From: Chromera velia
Lineage: Eukaryota
Length of the DNA: 50,939 nt
Direction of reading: 5' to 3'
Assembly: GCA_018398765.1 (NCBI GenBank)
Contig: JAHBMJ010000334.1
Coordinates: 1 to 50,939, forward strand
Part shown: positions 38,743-50,939 of the stretch, piece by piece
How the letters are laid out: every line of letters begins with the position of its first letter
Position numbering within the stretch: the first letter of the stretch is position 1
Position numbers and translations under genes: made by a program
The notes under the pieces: model-generated
Told to the model about the DNA's origin: nothing
The model's input: only the letters and a program-made list of their open reading frames with translations
The model's database searches: none

Positions 38743-41700
38743 CCGAAGCACACTGCGCACCGACAATGTCCAGGCCCCTCCCCAACAGTTCCTTTCGTCC
38801 CTTTGCCGGAGCTGCCGCCACACGAGAGCAAGAGATATCGCCATCAGCCCCAAAGGGAAAACAGACGGTGTTCGCCATGCAAGTGCAAGAGAGGATCAGC
38901 CCGGTGACCACAAACGTGCGTCGTGCCGAAGAGCAATAATGGAGGGCCCGGTTGCAAGCAAAGAAGAAAGAAAGAAAGCGGAAGGGAGAAAGACAGGCAT
39001 CATGAGAATTGAAATCAAACCCGCGACGTGCAGACATGAAAGGAAACCGCAGAACCAGAATATAAATATTCGTCCTCATCGCCCAGAGTTAGTTCAAGCG
39101 AAAAGCTTTTATTTTCCATTCTCGCGATATGGAAAGAAGCTACAAGTGAGAAAAGGATCAATGCAACCAACGAACCAACCATTTTCGTTTCCCTGCAGAT
39201 TTTTCGTTCTTTTGCAGAGAGAGACTTCTACGAGAATCGAAGCCTACCCTCTACAGGCGGACTCAGCAGCGGCGCAACAGACGTGGACCTGAAGGTGCCG
39301 ACTTAGGACACCGTATCCCCCTTTGCTGAACGGTTGAGGATCTGATAGATGCTGCCTTGCTGGCTTGCTTTCTTTCCTTTGCATTGTCCTCCTCTCTGTG
39401 TTTCTTCCAATACATGAAAACATACCATTGATCCCCACGCTGACCTGGATGCAGACCCAGGCGAGGAGCCAGGCTGTTTCTGCTGTTGCTTTGTCCCTTT
39501 GCCGGAGCTGCTGCCACACGAGAGCAAAAGATATCGCCATCAGCCCCAAAGGGAAAAGAGACGGTGTTCGCCATGCAAGTGCAAGAGAGGATCAGCCCCG
39601 GCCCGGTGACCACAAATGTGCGTCGTGCCGAAGAGCAATAATGGAGGGCCCGGTTGCAAGCAAAGAAGAAAGAAAGAAAGCGGAAGGGAGAAAGACAGGC
39701 ATCATGAGAATTGAAATCAAACCCGCAACGTGCAGACATGAGAGGAAACCGCAGAACCAGAATACAAATATTCGTTCTCATCGCCCAGAGTTAATTCAAG
39801 CGAAAAGCTTTTATTTTCCGTTCTCGCGATATGGAAAGAAGCTACAAGCGAGAAAAGGATCAACGCAACCAAAGAACCAACCATTTTCGTTTCCCTGCAG
39901 ATTTTTCGTTCTTTTGCAGAGAAAGACTTCTACGAGAATCGAAGCCTACCCTCTATAGGCGCACTCGGCAGCGGCGCAACAGACATGGACCTGAAGGTGC
40001 CGACTTAGGACACCGTATCCGCCTTTGCTGAATGGTTGGGGATCTGATAGATGCTGCCTTGCTGGCTTGCTTTCTTTCCTTTGCATTGTCCTCCTCTCTG
40101 TGTTTCTTCCAATACATGAAAACACACCATTGATCCCCACGCTGACCTGGATGCAGACCCAGGCGAAGAACCAGGCTATTTCTGCTGTTGCTTCGTTCCT
40201 TTGCCGGAGCTGCCGCCACACGAGAGCAAGAGATATCGCCATCAGCCCCAAAGGGAAAACAGACGGTGTTCGCCATGCAAGTGCAAGAGAGGATCAGCCC
40301 CGGGCCGGTGACCACAAAGGTGCATCGTGCTGAAGAGCAATAATGGAGGGCCCGGTTGCAAGCAAAGAAGAAAGAAAGAAAGCGGAAGGGAGAAAGACAG
40401 GCATCATGAGAATTGAAATCAAACCCGCAACGTGCAGACATGAGAGGAAACCGCAGAACCAGAATGCAAATATTCGTCCTCATCGCCCAGAGTTAGTTCA
40501 AACGAAAAGCTTTTGTTTTCCGTTCTCGCGATATGGAAAGAAACTACAAGCGAGAAAAGGATCGACGCAACCAACGAACCAACCATTTTCGTTTCCCTGC
40601 AGAGTTTTCGTTCTTTTACAGAGAGAGACTTCTACGAGAATCGAAGCCTACCCTCTACAGGCGCACTCGGCAGCGGCACAACAGACATGGACCTGAAGGT
40701 GCCGACTTAGGACACCGTATCCGCCTTTGCTGAACGGTTGGGGATCTGATAGATGCTGCCTTGCTGGCTTGCTTTCTTTCCTTTGCATTGTCCTCCTCTC
40801 TGTGTTTCTTCCAATACATGAAAACATACCATTGATCCCCACGCTGACCTGGATGCAGACCCAGGCGAGGAACCAGGCTGTTTCTGCTGTTGCTTCGTCC
40901 CTTTGCCGGAGCTGCTGCCACACGAGAGCAAGAGATATCGCCATCAGCCCCAAAGGGAAAACAGACGGTGTTCGCCATGCAAGTGTAAGAGAGGATCAGC
41001 CCCGGGCCGGTGACCACAAAGGTGCATCGTGCCAAAGAGCAATAATGGAGGGCCTGGTTGCAAGCAAAGAAGAAAGAAAGAAAGCGGAAGGGAGAAAGAC
41101 AGGCATCATGAGAATTGAAATCAAACCCGCGACGTACAGACATGAAAGGAAACCGCAGAACCAGAATGTAAATATTCGTCCTCATCGCCCAGAGTTAGTT
41201 CAAGAGAAAAGCTTTTGTTTTCCGTTCTCGCGATATGGAAAGAAACTACAAGCGAGAAAAGGATCGACGCAACCAACGAACCAACCATTTTCATTTCCCT
41301 GCAGATTTTTCGTTCTTTTGCGGAGAGAGACTTCTATGAGAATCGAAGCCTACCCTCTACAGGCGCACTCGGCAGCGGCGCAACAGACATGGACCTGAAG
41401 GTGCCGACTTAGGACACCGTATCCGCCTTCGCTGAACGGTTGGGGATCTAATAGATGTTGCCTTGCTGGCTTGCTTTCTTTCCTTTGCATTGTACTCCTC
41501 TCTGTATTTCTTCCAATACATGAAAACACACCATTGATCCCCACGCTGACCTGGATGCAGACCCAGGCGAAGAACCAGGCTGTTTCTGCTGTTGCTTCGT
41601 CCCTTTGCCGGAGCTGCTGCCACACGAGAGCAAGAGATATCGCCATCAGCCCCAAAGGGAAAACAGACGGTGTTCGCCATGCAAGTGCAAGAGAGGATCA

Positions 41701-44700
41701 GCCCCGGGCCGGTGACCACAAAGGTGCATCGTGCCGAAGAGCAATAATGGAGGGCCCGGTTGCAAGCAAAGAAGAAAGAAAGAAAGTAGAAGGGAGAAAG
41801 ACAGGCATCATGAGAATTGAAATCAAACCCGCGACGTGCAGACATGAAAGGAAACCGCAGAACCAGAATACAAATATTCGTCCTCATCGCCCAGAGTTAG
41901 TTNNNAAGCAAAAAGCTTTTGTTTTCCGTTCTCACGATATGGAAAGAAACTACAAGCGAGAAAAGGATCAACGCAACCAACGAACCAACCATTTTCGTTT
42001 CCCTGCAGATTTTTCGTTCTTTTGCGGAGAGAGACTTCTACGAGAATCGAAGCCTACCCTCTACAGGCGCACTCGGCAGCGGCGCAACAGACATGGACCT
42101 GAAGGTGCCGACTTAGGACACCGTATCCGCCTTCGCTGAACGGTTGGGGATCTGATAGATGTTGCCTTGCTGGCTTGCTTTCTTTCTTTTGCATTGTCCT
42201 CCTCTCTGTATTTCTTCCAATATATGAAAACACACCATTGATCCCCACGCTGACCTGGATGCAGACCCAGGCGAAGAACCAGGCTGTTTCTGCTGTTGCT
42301 TTGTCCCTTTGCCGGAGCTGCCGCCACACGAGAGCAAGAGATATCGCCATCAGCCCCAAAGGGAAAAGAGACGGTGTTCGCCATGCAAGTGCAAGAGAGG
42401 ATCAGCCCCGGGCCGGTGACCACAAAGGTGCATCGTGCCGAAGAGCAATAATGGAGGGCCCGGTTGCAAGCAAAGAAGAAAGAAAGAAAGTGGAAGGGAG
42501 AAAGACAGGCATCATGAGAATTGAAATCAAACCCGCAACGTGCAGACATGAAAGGAAACCGCAGAACCAGAATACAAATATTCGTTCTCATTGCCCAGAG
42601 TTAGTTCAAGCGAAAAGCTTTTGTTTTCCGTTCTCGCGATATGGAAAGAAACTACAAGCAAGAAAAGGATCGACGCAACCAACGAACCAACCATTTTCGT
42701 TTCCCTGCAGAGTTTTCGTTCTTTTGCGGAGAAAGACTTCTACGAGAATCGAAGCCTACCCTCTACAGGCGCACTCGGCAGCGGCGCAACAGACATGGAC
42801 CTGAAGGTGCCGACTTAGGACACCGTATCCGCCTTCGCTGAACGGTTGGGGATCTGATAGATGTTGCCTTGCTGGCTTGCTTTCTTTCCTTTGCATTGTC
42901 CTCCTCTCTGTATTTCTTCCAATATATGAAAACACACCATTGATCCCCACGCTGACCTGGATGCAGACCCAGGCGAAGAACCAGGCTGTTTCTGCTGTTG
43001 CTTTGTCCCTTTACCGGAGCTGCCGCCACACGAGAGCAAGAGATATCGCCATCAGCCCCAAAGGGAAAAGAGACGGTGTTCGCCATGCAAGTGCAAGAGA
43101 GGATCAGCCCCGGGCCGGTGACCACAAACGTGCGTCGTGCCGAAGAGCAATAATGGAGGGCCCGGTTGCAAGCAAAGAAGAATGAAAGAAAGCGGAAGGG
43201 AGAAAGACAGGCATCATGAGAATTGAAATCAAACCCGCGACGTGCAGACATGAGAGGAAACCGCAGAACCAGAATGTAAATATTCGTCCTCATCGCCCAG
43301 AGTTAGTTCAAACGAAAAGCTTTTGTTTTCCGTTCTCGTGATATGGAAAGAAGCTACAAGCGAGAAAAGGATCAACGCAACCAACGAACCAACCGTTTTC
43401 GTTTCCCTGCAGAGTTTTTGTTCTTTTACAGAGAGAGACTTCTACGAGAATCGAAGCCTACCCTCTACAGGTGCACTCGGCAGCGGCACAACAGACATGG
43501 ACCTGAAGGTGCCGACTTAGGACACCGTATCCGCCTTTGCTGAATGGTTAGGGATCTGATAGATGCTGCCTTGCTGGCTTGCTTTCTTTCCTTTGCATTG
43601 TCCTCCTCTCTGTGTTTCTTCCAATACATGAAAACACACCATTGATCCCCACGCTGACCTGGATGCAGACCCAAGCGAGGAACCAGGCTGTTTCTGCTGT
43701 TGCTTCGTCCCTTTGCCGGAGCTGCCGCCACACGAGAGCAAGAGATATCGCCATCAGCCCCAAAGGGAAAACAGACGGTGTTCGCCATGCAAGTGCAAGA
43801 GAGGATCAGCCCGGTGACCACAAACATGCATCGTACCGAAGAGTAATAATGGAGGGCCCGGTTGCAAGCAAAGAAGAAAGAAAGAAAGCGGAAGGGAGAA
43901 AGACAGGCATCATGAGAATTGAAATCAAACCCGCAACGTGCAGATATGAAAGGAAACCGCAGAACCAGAATGTAAATATTCGTCCTCATCGCCCAGAGTT
44001 AGTTCAAACGAAAAGTTTTTGTTTTCCGTTCTTGCGATATGGAAAGAAACTACAAGCGAGAAAAGGATCAACGTAACTAACGAACCAACCATTTTCGTTT
44101 CCCTGCAGATTTTTCGTTCTTTTGCGGAGAGAGACTTCTACGAGAATCGAAGCCTACCCTCTACAGGCGCACTCGGCAGTGGCACAACAGACATGGACCT
44201 GAAGGTGCCGACTTAGGACACCGTATCCGCCTTCGCTAAACGGTTGGGGATCTGATAGATGTTGCCTTGCTGGCTTGCTTTCTTTCCTTTGCATTGTACT
44301 CCTCTCTGTATTTCTTCCAATACATGAAAACACACCATTGATCCCCATGCTGACCTGGATGCAGACCCAGGCGAAGAACCAGGCTGTTTCTGCTGTTGCT
44401 TCGTCCCTTTGCCGGAGCTGCCGCCACACGAGAGCAAGAGATATCGCCATCAGCCCCAAAGGGAAAACAGACGGTGTTCGCCATGCAAATGCAAGAGAGG
44501 ATCAGCCCCAGGCCGGTGACCACAAAGGTGCATCGTGCCGAAGAGCAATAATGGAGGGCCCGGTTGCAAACAAAGAAGAAAGAAAGAAAGTGGAAGGGAG
44601 AAAGACAGGCATCATGAGAATTGAAATCAAACCCGCGACGTGCAGACATGAAAGGAAACCGCAGAACCAGAATGCAAATATTCGTCCTCATCACCCAGAG

Positions 44701-47700
44701 TTAGTTCAAGCAAAAAGCTTTTGTTTTCCGTTCTCGCGATATGGAAAGAAACTACAAGCGAGAAAAGGATCAACGCAACCAACGAACCAACCATTTTCGT
44801 TTCCCTGCAGAGTTTTCGTTCTTTTACAGAGAGAGACTTCTACGAGAATCGAAGCCTACCCTCTACAGGCGCACTCGGCAGCGGCACAACAGACATGGAC
44901 CTGAAGGTGCCGACTTAGGACACCGTATCCGCCTTTGCTGAATGGTTGGGGATCTGATAGATGCTGCCTTGCTGGCTTGCTTTCTTTCCTTTGCATTGTA
45001 CTCCTCTTTGTGTTTCTTCCAATACATGAAAACACATCATTGATCCCTATGCTGACCTGGATGCAGACCCAGGCGAGGAACCAGGCTGTTTCTGCTGTTG
45101 CTTCGTCCCTTTGCCGGAGCTGCCGCCACACGAGAGCAAGAGATATCGCCATCAGCCCCAAAGGGAAAAGAGACGGTGTTCGCCATGCAAGTGCAAGAGA
45201 GGATCAGCCCCGGGCCGGTGACCACAAAGGTGCATCGTGCCGAAGAGCAATAATGGAGGGCCTGGTTGCAAGCAAAGAAGAAAGAAAGAAAGCGGAAGGG
45301 AGAAAGACAGGCATTATGAGAATTGAAATCAAACCCGCGACGTGCAGACATGAGAGGAAACCGCAGAACCAGAATGTAAATATTCGTCCTCATCGCCCAG
45401 AGTTAGTTCAAGTGAAAAGCTTTTGTTTTCTGTTCTCGCGATATGGAAAGAAACTACAAACGAGAAAAGGATCGACGCAACCAACGAACCAACCATTTTC
45501 GTTTCCCTGCAGAGTTGTCGTTCTTTTGCGGAGAGAGACTTCTACGAGAATCGAAGCCTACCCTCTACAGGCGCACTCGGCAGCGGCACAACAGACATGG
45601 ACCTGAAGGTGCCGACTTAGGACACCGTATCCGCCTTTGCTGAACGGTTGGGGATCTGATAGATGTTGCCTTGCTGGCTTGCTTTCTTTCCTTTGCATTG
45701 TACTCCTCTCTGTATTTCTTCCAATACATGCAAACAACCTCACTGATCCCCGCGCTGACCGTGGTTGGTTTGCCTTTTTATTTTGTGCGTTTTGGTGATG
45801 GCGTCCTCGTAATGCTTTCATCTTTCGGGTCTCTGCCTTGGTAGATGGCTGCTTAGTGTCCTGCAAGCATTAAGGGGGAAAGAGGGTATCAGAATATCTT
45901 TTTTCAAGGGTATGGACGTTCGCCTTGATATGCCTCGAACGAACCACTCAGAGCTGGGTCAGAAAAGGCTGAAGAGACAAATGGGTGTACTCTTCCCCTC
46001 ATGCATGTGTCTTGAAAAGGTCTCAATTTGATTGACGGGTTTGTACACACTCTTGTACTCACTCATTGGACGCCGGAAAATGTCACGGACAGCTACTTTG
46101 GACCTGCGTGTCATTTTAGACTGACCCCTTCCTCCGTCGTATTGACCAGGTCGACATCGTCTTGCTCCCTGAATATACGTGAACAAAAACTTCTAGGAAT
46201 GGCAAGATGCAGATCCAGTGTGAACTTTATTGCACCGTGTTTTCCAAACACACACAACAAGAAGCAACAAGAGGCATCTGATCCCAACAAACAAAATAAA
46301 ACAACAAAACGACGCTCTTTTGCTCTGTCAATGTGCCTCCGCGTGCGACGAGCTCGATCTATACTCAAGTCATTCCTCACATTTGCTTCTGTGGCAAAAT
46401 TCTGTTGTCTCTTTCTCTCGATCTGGCCTTACTCTTTTTCCGATAGTCTTCAATTGCTTGTCCCGTTTTATATTTACAGCTCAATATGCATTTCAGTCTT
46501 TCTCCGGGGATCAGATAAGGAAAATCCTGAAAGCACCAAGGTTTGTCCTCGGGCAGTGAAAATGAGAAAACGAATGGCGAGATCTTCCGAGGTCAGACGA
46601 TGTCAGACGGGAGGGGAGAACGAAGGAAGTCTGCTATCATGCAGCTGACCTGTGAGAAGTTCTCTCTTCAATTCTGAAGGAAAAAACGAGCGCCACCTGC
46701 CCAACACCTCCATCGGTCTCTTGGGGACTGAAAGAGCGTGCAAATAGGTCCATAAAAAGCATGAGGGCGAAGAAAAATCTTTGACTCCGTTCTAAAAGAG
46801 CTCAAATCAGTTGACAGCACAAAAAAGTACGACTTACCCTTTGCTAGTTAACTGCTGACATTACCCTGTTTTTTTTTTTCGCAATTCTACACCAAGTTGC
46901 ATAGACCTGCCTGCAGAATTTCCGGGTGCACTGTTAGCTGACAGACCTTGTACGCAAGCGTCTCGAGCATGCTCCTGGTCCTGCAAACAGGTTGAGGGGA
47001 GAGGTCTTTAAATAAAAACAGAAGTGAGCTTCACATGATTGGGTACGAGCAGGAAAGGAATCCGGTGATTTCAGAGGAAAAGTCTCGCCCCAAAAAGACA
47101 GGTCAAGCCGGCCCGAGACAAAACAAATCTTCAGGCTGAATAGAGTGCCAATCAGAGCACATCAATCTGATTGTGGATGGGTGCGATGTCTAAAGGCGGC
47201 TGGCGGCAGAAACTTGACTTCAAAAAAGAGCCCATCGCTGTTTGAACATAGCATCGTCTGTTATGGAGGGAAAATATCCGTCTCGTCTCGTCGGACACAC
47301 CTTCTGTTTCCCCTTTCTTCGCTTGCACATCCCCCTGCACGCACATGAAGAGGCTACAAGAGCAGACATCATCTTCAAGATTATGTATAAACAGTTGCTT
47401 TACCCCTTGGAGTCCTCGTAAGCCTCGGAGAGGCTGACCAGATCGCACGTCCAGCCGATGTCCACTTTCTTGAGGGCGGTGAGGAACGCCTTTTTTGTCA
47501 CTTGTGATAGACGTTCTCAGGCTGTAAGCAATACACAAGGTTCGAAAGAGAAGAGTCACGCAGACACATGCAAATCGAAGCTCATGGAAATACAGAGCGA
47601 CAAAAAGAGAAATTCAAAGAGATCAACTGTCACAAAGGAAAAGAAGCCACCCATGCAAGAAACCAGACGTACATAGAAAAGGAATAGAGGATAAAAGCAA

Positions 47701-49819
47701 AGGAGAGGAAACAGACGACCATGTCAAGGAATAATCCATTGCGGACTCACTCCTGTCAGATGGAAGGCCTTGAGAAGACATCGCTAAGGAAGCCTCCGTC
47801 CCTTCTTTGCTGCTTTGCTTCACCAGCGGGATGCAAATGGCATCTTCCTTGAAGTCTCTCAAACGAAAAAACTGGTGTTGCTTGGAAAACCGCACGGACG
47901 CCCTTTCTTTCACTTTCTCCTTCACTTCCACTCCCATTTCCCCCCCCTCAACCTCGAACCCTCCGCTGGCAAACACGTGGAATGGGGGCATCCACGGTGT
48001 TGTTGACACACCCACTCCAGCAGAGGAGAGAGACACCGAAACGGTCCCCTGAAACACAGCGTCGGATATCCCGTTTACCGAAGGCGGTACCGTCAGCAGG
48101 AATCCGATCCAGAGGATAGTAGGCGCCTCTTTCATGCATGCTTTCAGAGCGAAGCTCCATACTGCACACTCAATTATGCACATGCAAACGCAAATGTGAG
48201 TTCTCATGTTCAAAGCAGGCATGCAGGTGGACAAAGGGGGACTCGGATACATCTCAATACAGGTAGAAGGCGAGATCGCAAAACGGAAAGACAAAGCGTC
48301 ACATACAGAAACGCACTCAATCTTCTAGTTGCATCGTCACTTGCAAAAATTGTTTTAATCTGTCGGTATGGATCTATCCATTCCCCTCGCATCGATCCCA
48401 GCCTGGCTGCCTATCTACCTGATTTACTCACTCACTCGCTGACTTTGTGATACTCTCTAACTATTAGGTGGGCCTCATTTCATACGTTGTATGAACCTGG
48501 CACCCTTTAATTCATTCTCTCTTGAACAGACTGGTCGACTCAAAGATGCAAAGCTGGTACACCAGATCCCCCTCTAACGCTTACGCACAATCTAAATGTG
48601 CTGGTCCCCCCACACATCCTTTTCTCCATCTTTATCTGTCCCCCCGCACATCTCTCTCTCAATCTCTATCTCTTCTCCCATGCACGCATCCCTCACCCAA
48701 TCTCTATCTGACGCTCACGCGCACCCAGCGAATACAGCGTTTCTTACCATTAATTCAAACAGTCATGGTCATGCAAGAGAGTGACAGGATGTTTACGGTT
48801 GCAGCTCTCTTTGAACGGCCCCTTGCGGCACGTTCAAAAGAAGTGGAAAGCAAGCCGCTTGCAACAAATGGGAGAACAAAAAAGAGAAAAGACAAAAGGT
48901 GAGGGAACAGTCCACCCCCAGTTAAGAGAGAGACCACAACAGGAGACAGGAAGAAGAGGCACATGCACATGGACATGCAGAAAGAAAACAAAAAAATCGA
49001 AGCACAGATGCAGATTAAAATTGGCAAATAAGTGATAAACGTAGGGTACAATGGAGTCGAGAGGAAATGGAGGAGGGGAAAGGAAAAAGAAAATCGATGC
49101 AACAACTCAACCAATCTCTCACAACGCACAAAAAAAAAGAACAAACAAAACTCGACCTGAAAACTCATGACACAGCATAGTGAAAGTGAAAATAAAGAAA
49201 TTTTCAGAAACATTACATTTTTTATAAGACCATGAATGAGAGCCTGCTGGCAGAGAACAGGTTTGCACACACTCACTCCGCTCTGAAAGAACACATGGAA
49301 GCTCCGAGACAACGACGGCTTTAGCTACTTCTGGAAGATGCTCCTTCTGCTCCGCCTTCCTTGTCATCTCTGCTGTCAGCAGGAAGTTCTGTGTGGCCAC
49401 TATGATGGCCTGGGCTGACATCTCTGCTTCTCCCTTCGCCTTCTTCGCTTCCTCCAGCTCCTCCTTCCCCGCTTCTTCGCCCGCAAGATTCTCCTTTGCC
49501 CTTTGAGCTTCAGCAGCCACTTGGTGGCCCTAGAAAACCTGCAGATAAAGGTTGGCCCCCACATCTTCGAATGCCTCCCTATCGTGGAGGAGCTGGTGGA
49601 GGAGGGCCTCCAGAAGGGCTCTGGATAATGAGCCCATGGCTCTCCAGAGGAGGCAGGCAGCAATGTGCTCCTCTCTGGTAGCTTCCTCACCCAACTTCTC
49701 TCCAGAACAGAACGGAAACCAACGAGGAGCAGCAGAGGTCAGCTGCTCGACGGCCGCAAGCCCCTGAAGGCCCTACCACAAGAGGCCCAAGAACGCGACG
49801 AAGCCCATTTTGTCTGAGA
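38743..49819 (-). pseudogene. Decayed multi-exon gene of unknown function hosting the 702-bp array
   Basis: Splice-site-bounded coding-like blocks at ~49819-49310, ~48860-48800, ~48130-47750, ~47520-47345, ~46980-46910, ~46650-46540, ~46170-46125, 45861-45760, the array exons and 38811-38743. In-frame stops TAG (49773-49775, 49530-49532), TAA (47400-47402) and TGA (~46600) interrupt otherwise open frames. Gene ends are undefined. Confidence 0.55.
38793..45759 (-). repeat. Tandem array of ~10 x 702-bp units (two are 696 bp), each a putative 63-nt exon plus 639-nt intron
   Basis: 702-bp periodicity. Minus-strand CAG|...|GTCAGC-bounded 63-nt segments at 39445-39507, 40147-40209, 40849-40911, 41551-41613, 42255-42317, 42957-43019, 43659-43721, 44355-44417, 45057-45119 encode SSGKGTKQQQKQPGSSPGSAS. 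NNN at 41903-41905 means copy number may be wrong. Confidence 0.9.
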
Positions 49820-50939
49820 CTGCAAGAGATGGAGGAGAGGAAGCATACACAAGACTTCAGAAAAGCCTCCTGGAGAAAGGTGAGCTTAAAAAGATATGGA
49901 CGTGAATCGACGAGTGCGCACCAAAGCACGCAAATACATGTGCATGCGTGATGGAAAAGAGGTCAGATGCATGCATTCCTAAAAAGAGGCCCGGAAACTT
50001 TGTGTCAAAGTGTCGGAGCAGAGCACTGCCATATACAAAGAAGGCAGCCCCTTCTCAATGTTCATTGCAGATCAAGAGGCTATATACCACTTACATGTGG
50101 CTGTCGTGTGCAGCGGATAAATACTTATATGCGCATGTATATTCCTCCATCCATCTTTCTACATCAGAATCAGTGGAACATTCACTCCTGCATTGGGGTC
50201 CCTCCGTCTCACGACCATAAAGGGGGAGGAACTGACCGCGATTGCTGAGTCGACTTCTCACCACCTCTTGATAGACCACCTCTTTTTCTCTTCACCTCTT
50301 AACTATAGACGGGCAGAAAGCAAGTTCACCCACCTGTCAGAAGTACATGACAAATATACATGTATAATCGATGTGGCGGCGCATGTAACTACTAGATAGG
50401 AGCTAGTTAAATTATAAAAACGACGCATATATGCCCTGGCCCTTGAATTGTGACCAAATGGGCGTATACCACCTTAACGTACCTACAAACAAACACCTGC
50501 CGACACCCACTAACTCGCACACAGACAAACACTATGCCACCCTTTGCTCTTATATTTTGCGCCATTGTCGCACGTTTGTCATCGACGCACGTGCGCGCGA
50601 TGAGAGCGCTTACACCGCTTTTAGATAGGGCCCCACACCTGGAGCTGGCCATTTTTTTTTGACAAAAAAAAAAAAGAATTGAAAAATGAAAAAGAAAACC
50701 ATACAGATTCATCCATATAGATCAGTCGATGCAAAGGATGGTTGAATGGTCAAAATTCAAGGGCCAGGGCTTCGTAGAGTCAAACCATAAAAACGCGTTT
50801 TTCTTGAAATGACTTCTTTTTCTTTCTGACTGATAGAACACGCGAACGGAAGGAAAAGGCCACCCAACCGACCTACCACAAGTAACCGACCCACTTGTGT
50901 TCTCTCCCTGCCTGCCTTCTTCGCTTCTCTCTCTTTTTT

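Noticed and set aside
37880..38811. C-terminal RING/PHD finger for the decayed gene (CAVCF at the end of exon 38811-38743)
   Set aside because: I could not find downstream exons supplying the remaining Cys/His ligands in a consistent phase.
38793..45759. CRISPR array, rRNA/5S/SL-RNA/snRNA repeat or hammerhead retrozyme array
   Set aside because: No unique spacers or cas genes; no recognisable rRNA or snRNA sequence; no complete CUGAnGA/GAAA hammerhead core found by eye. An Rfam scan would be needed to exclude this fully.
39244..45866. The repeated 100-220 aa ORFs in the array as genes
   Set aside because: They overlap in all frames on both strands and are broken by stops in various copies; only the 63-nt spliced segment shows synonymous bias.
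49530..49775. TAG/TAA reassigned to Gln (ciliate-type code)
   Set aside because: Intact genes here use CAA/CAG without internal stops, and three end in TAG (23140, 29502, 32525); mutation explains the stops better.

Overview
Eukaryotic, intron-rich, microsatellite-laden nuclear DNA. The abundant TGCATGCA motifs and (CA)n/(GA)n/(GACA)n intron fill resemble a chromerid alveolate such as Chromera velia; this is an inference, not a search result. Six apparently intact genes were reconstructed by hand: a 15-exon Kelch+BTB protein (-) head-to-head with an 8-exon mitochondrial carrier (+), a RING-TRAF zinc finger-MATH protein (-) head-to-head with an intronless ankyrin protein (+), and two tandem paralogous secreted Cys/Pro/acidic proteins (-). 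Between them lie decayed mobile elements: a CRE/SLACS-like RLE retroelement end, a LINE interrupted by a 3.3-kb LTR element (TG..CA, GAGA TSD, PBS, PPT), MITE-like inverted repeats, and TpA-rich AT blocks. The right third is a decayed multi-exon gene containing a ~10-copy 702-bp array (63-nt exon + 639-nt intron). The most striking signal is that repeats and pseudogenes are dominated by CpA->TpA (TpG->TpA) plus CpG->TpG transitions, resembling fungal repeat-induced point mutation (RIP) in an apparently non-fungal genome. A strong GTCAG 5' splice-site preference is also seen.
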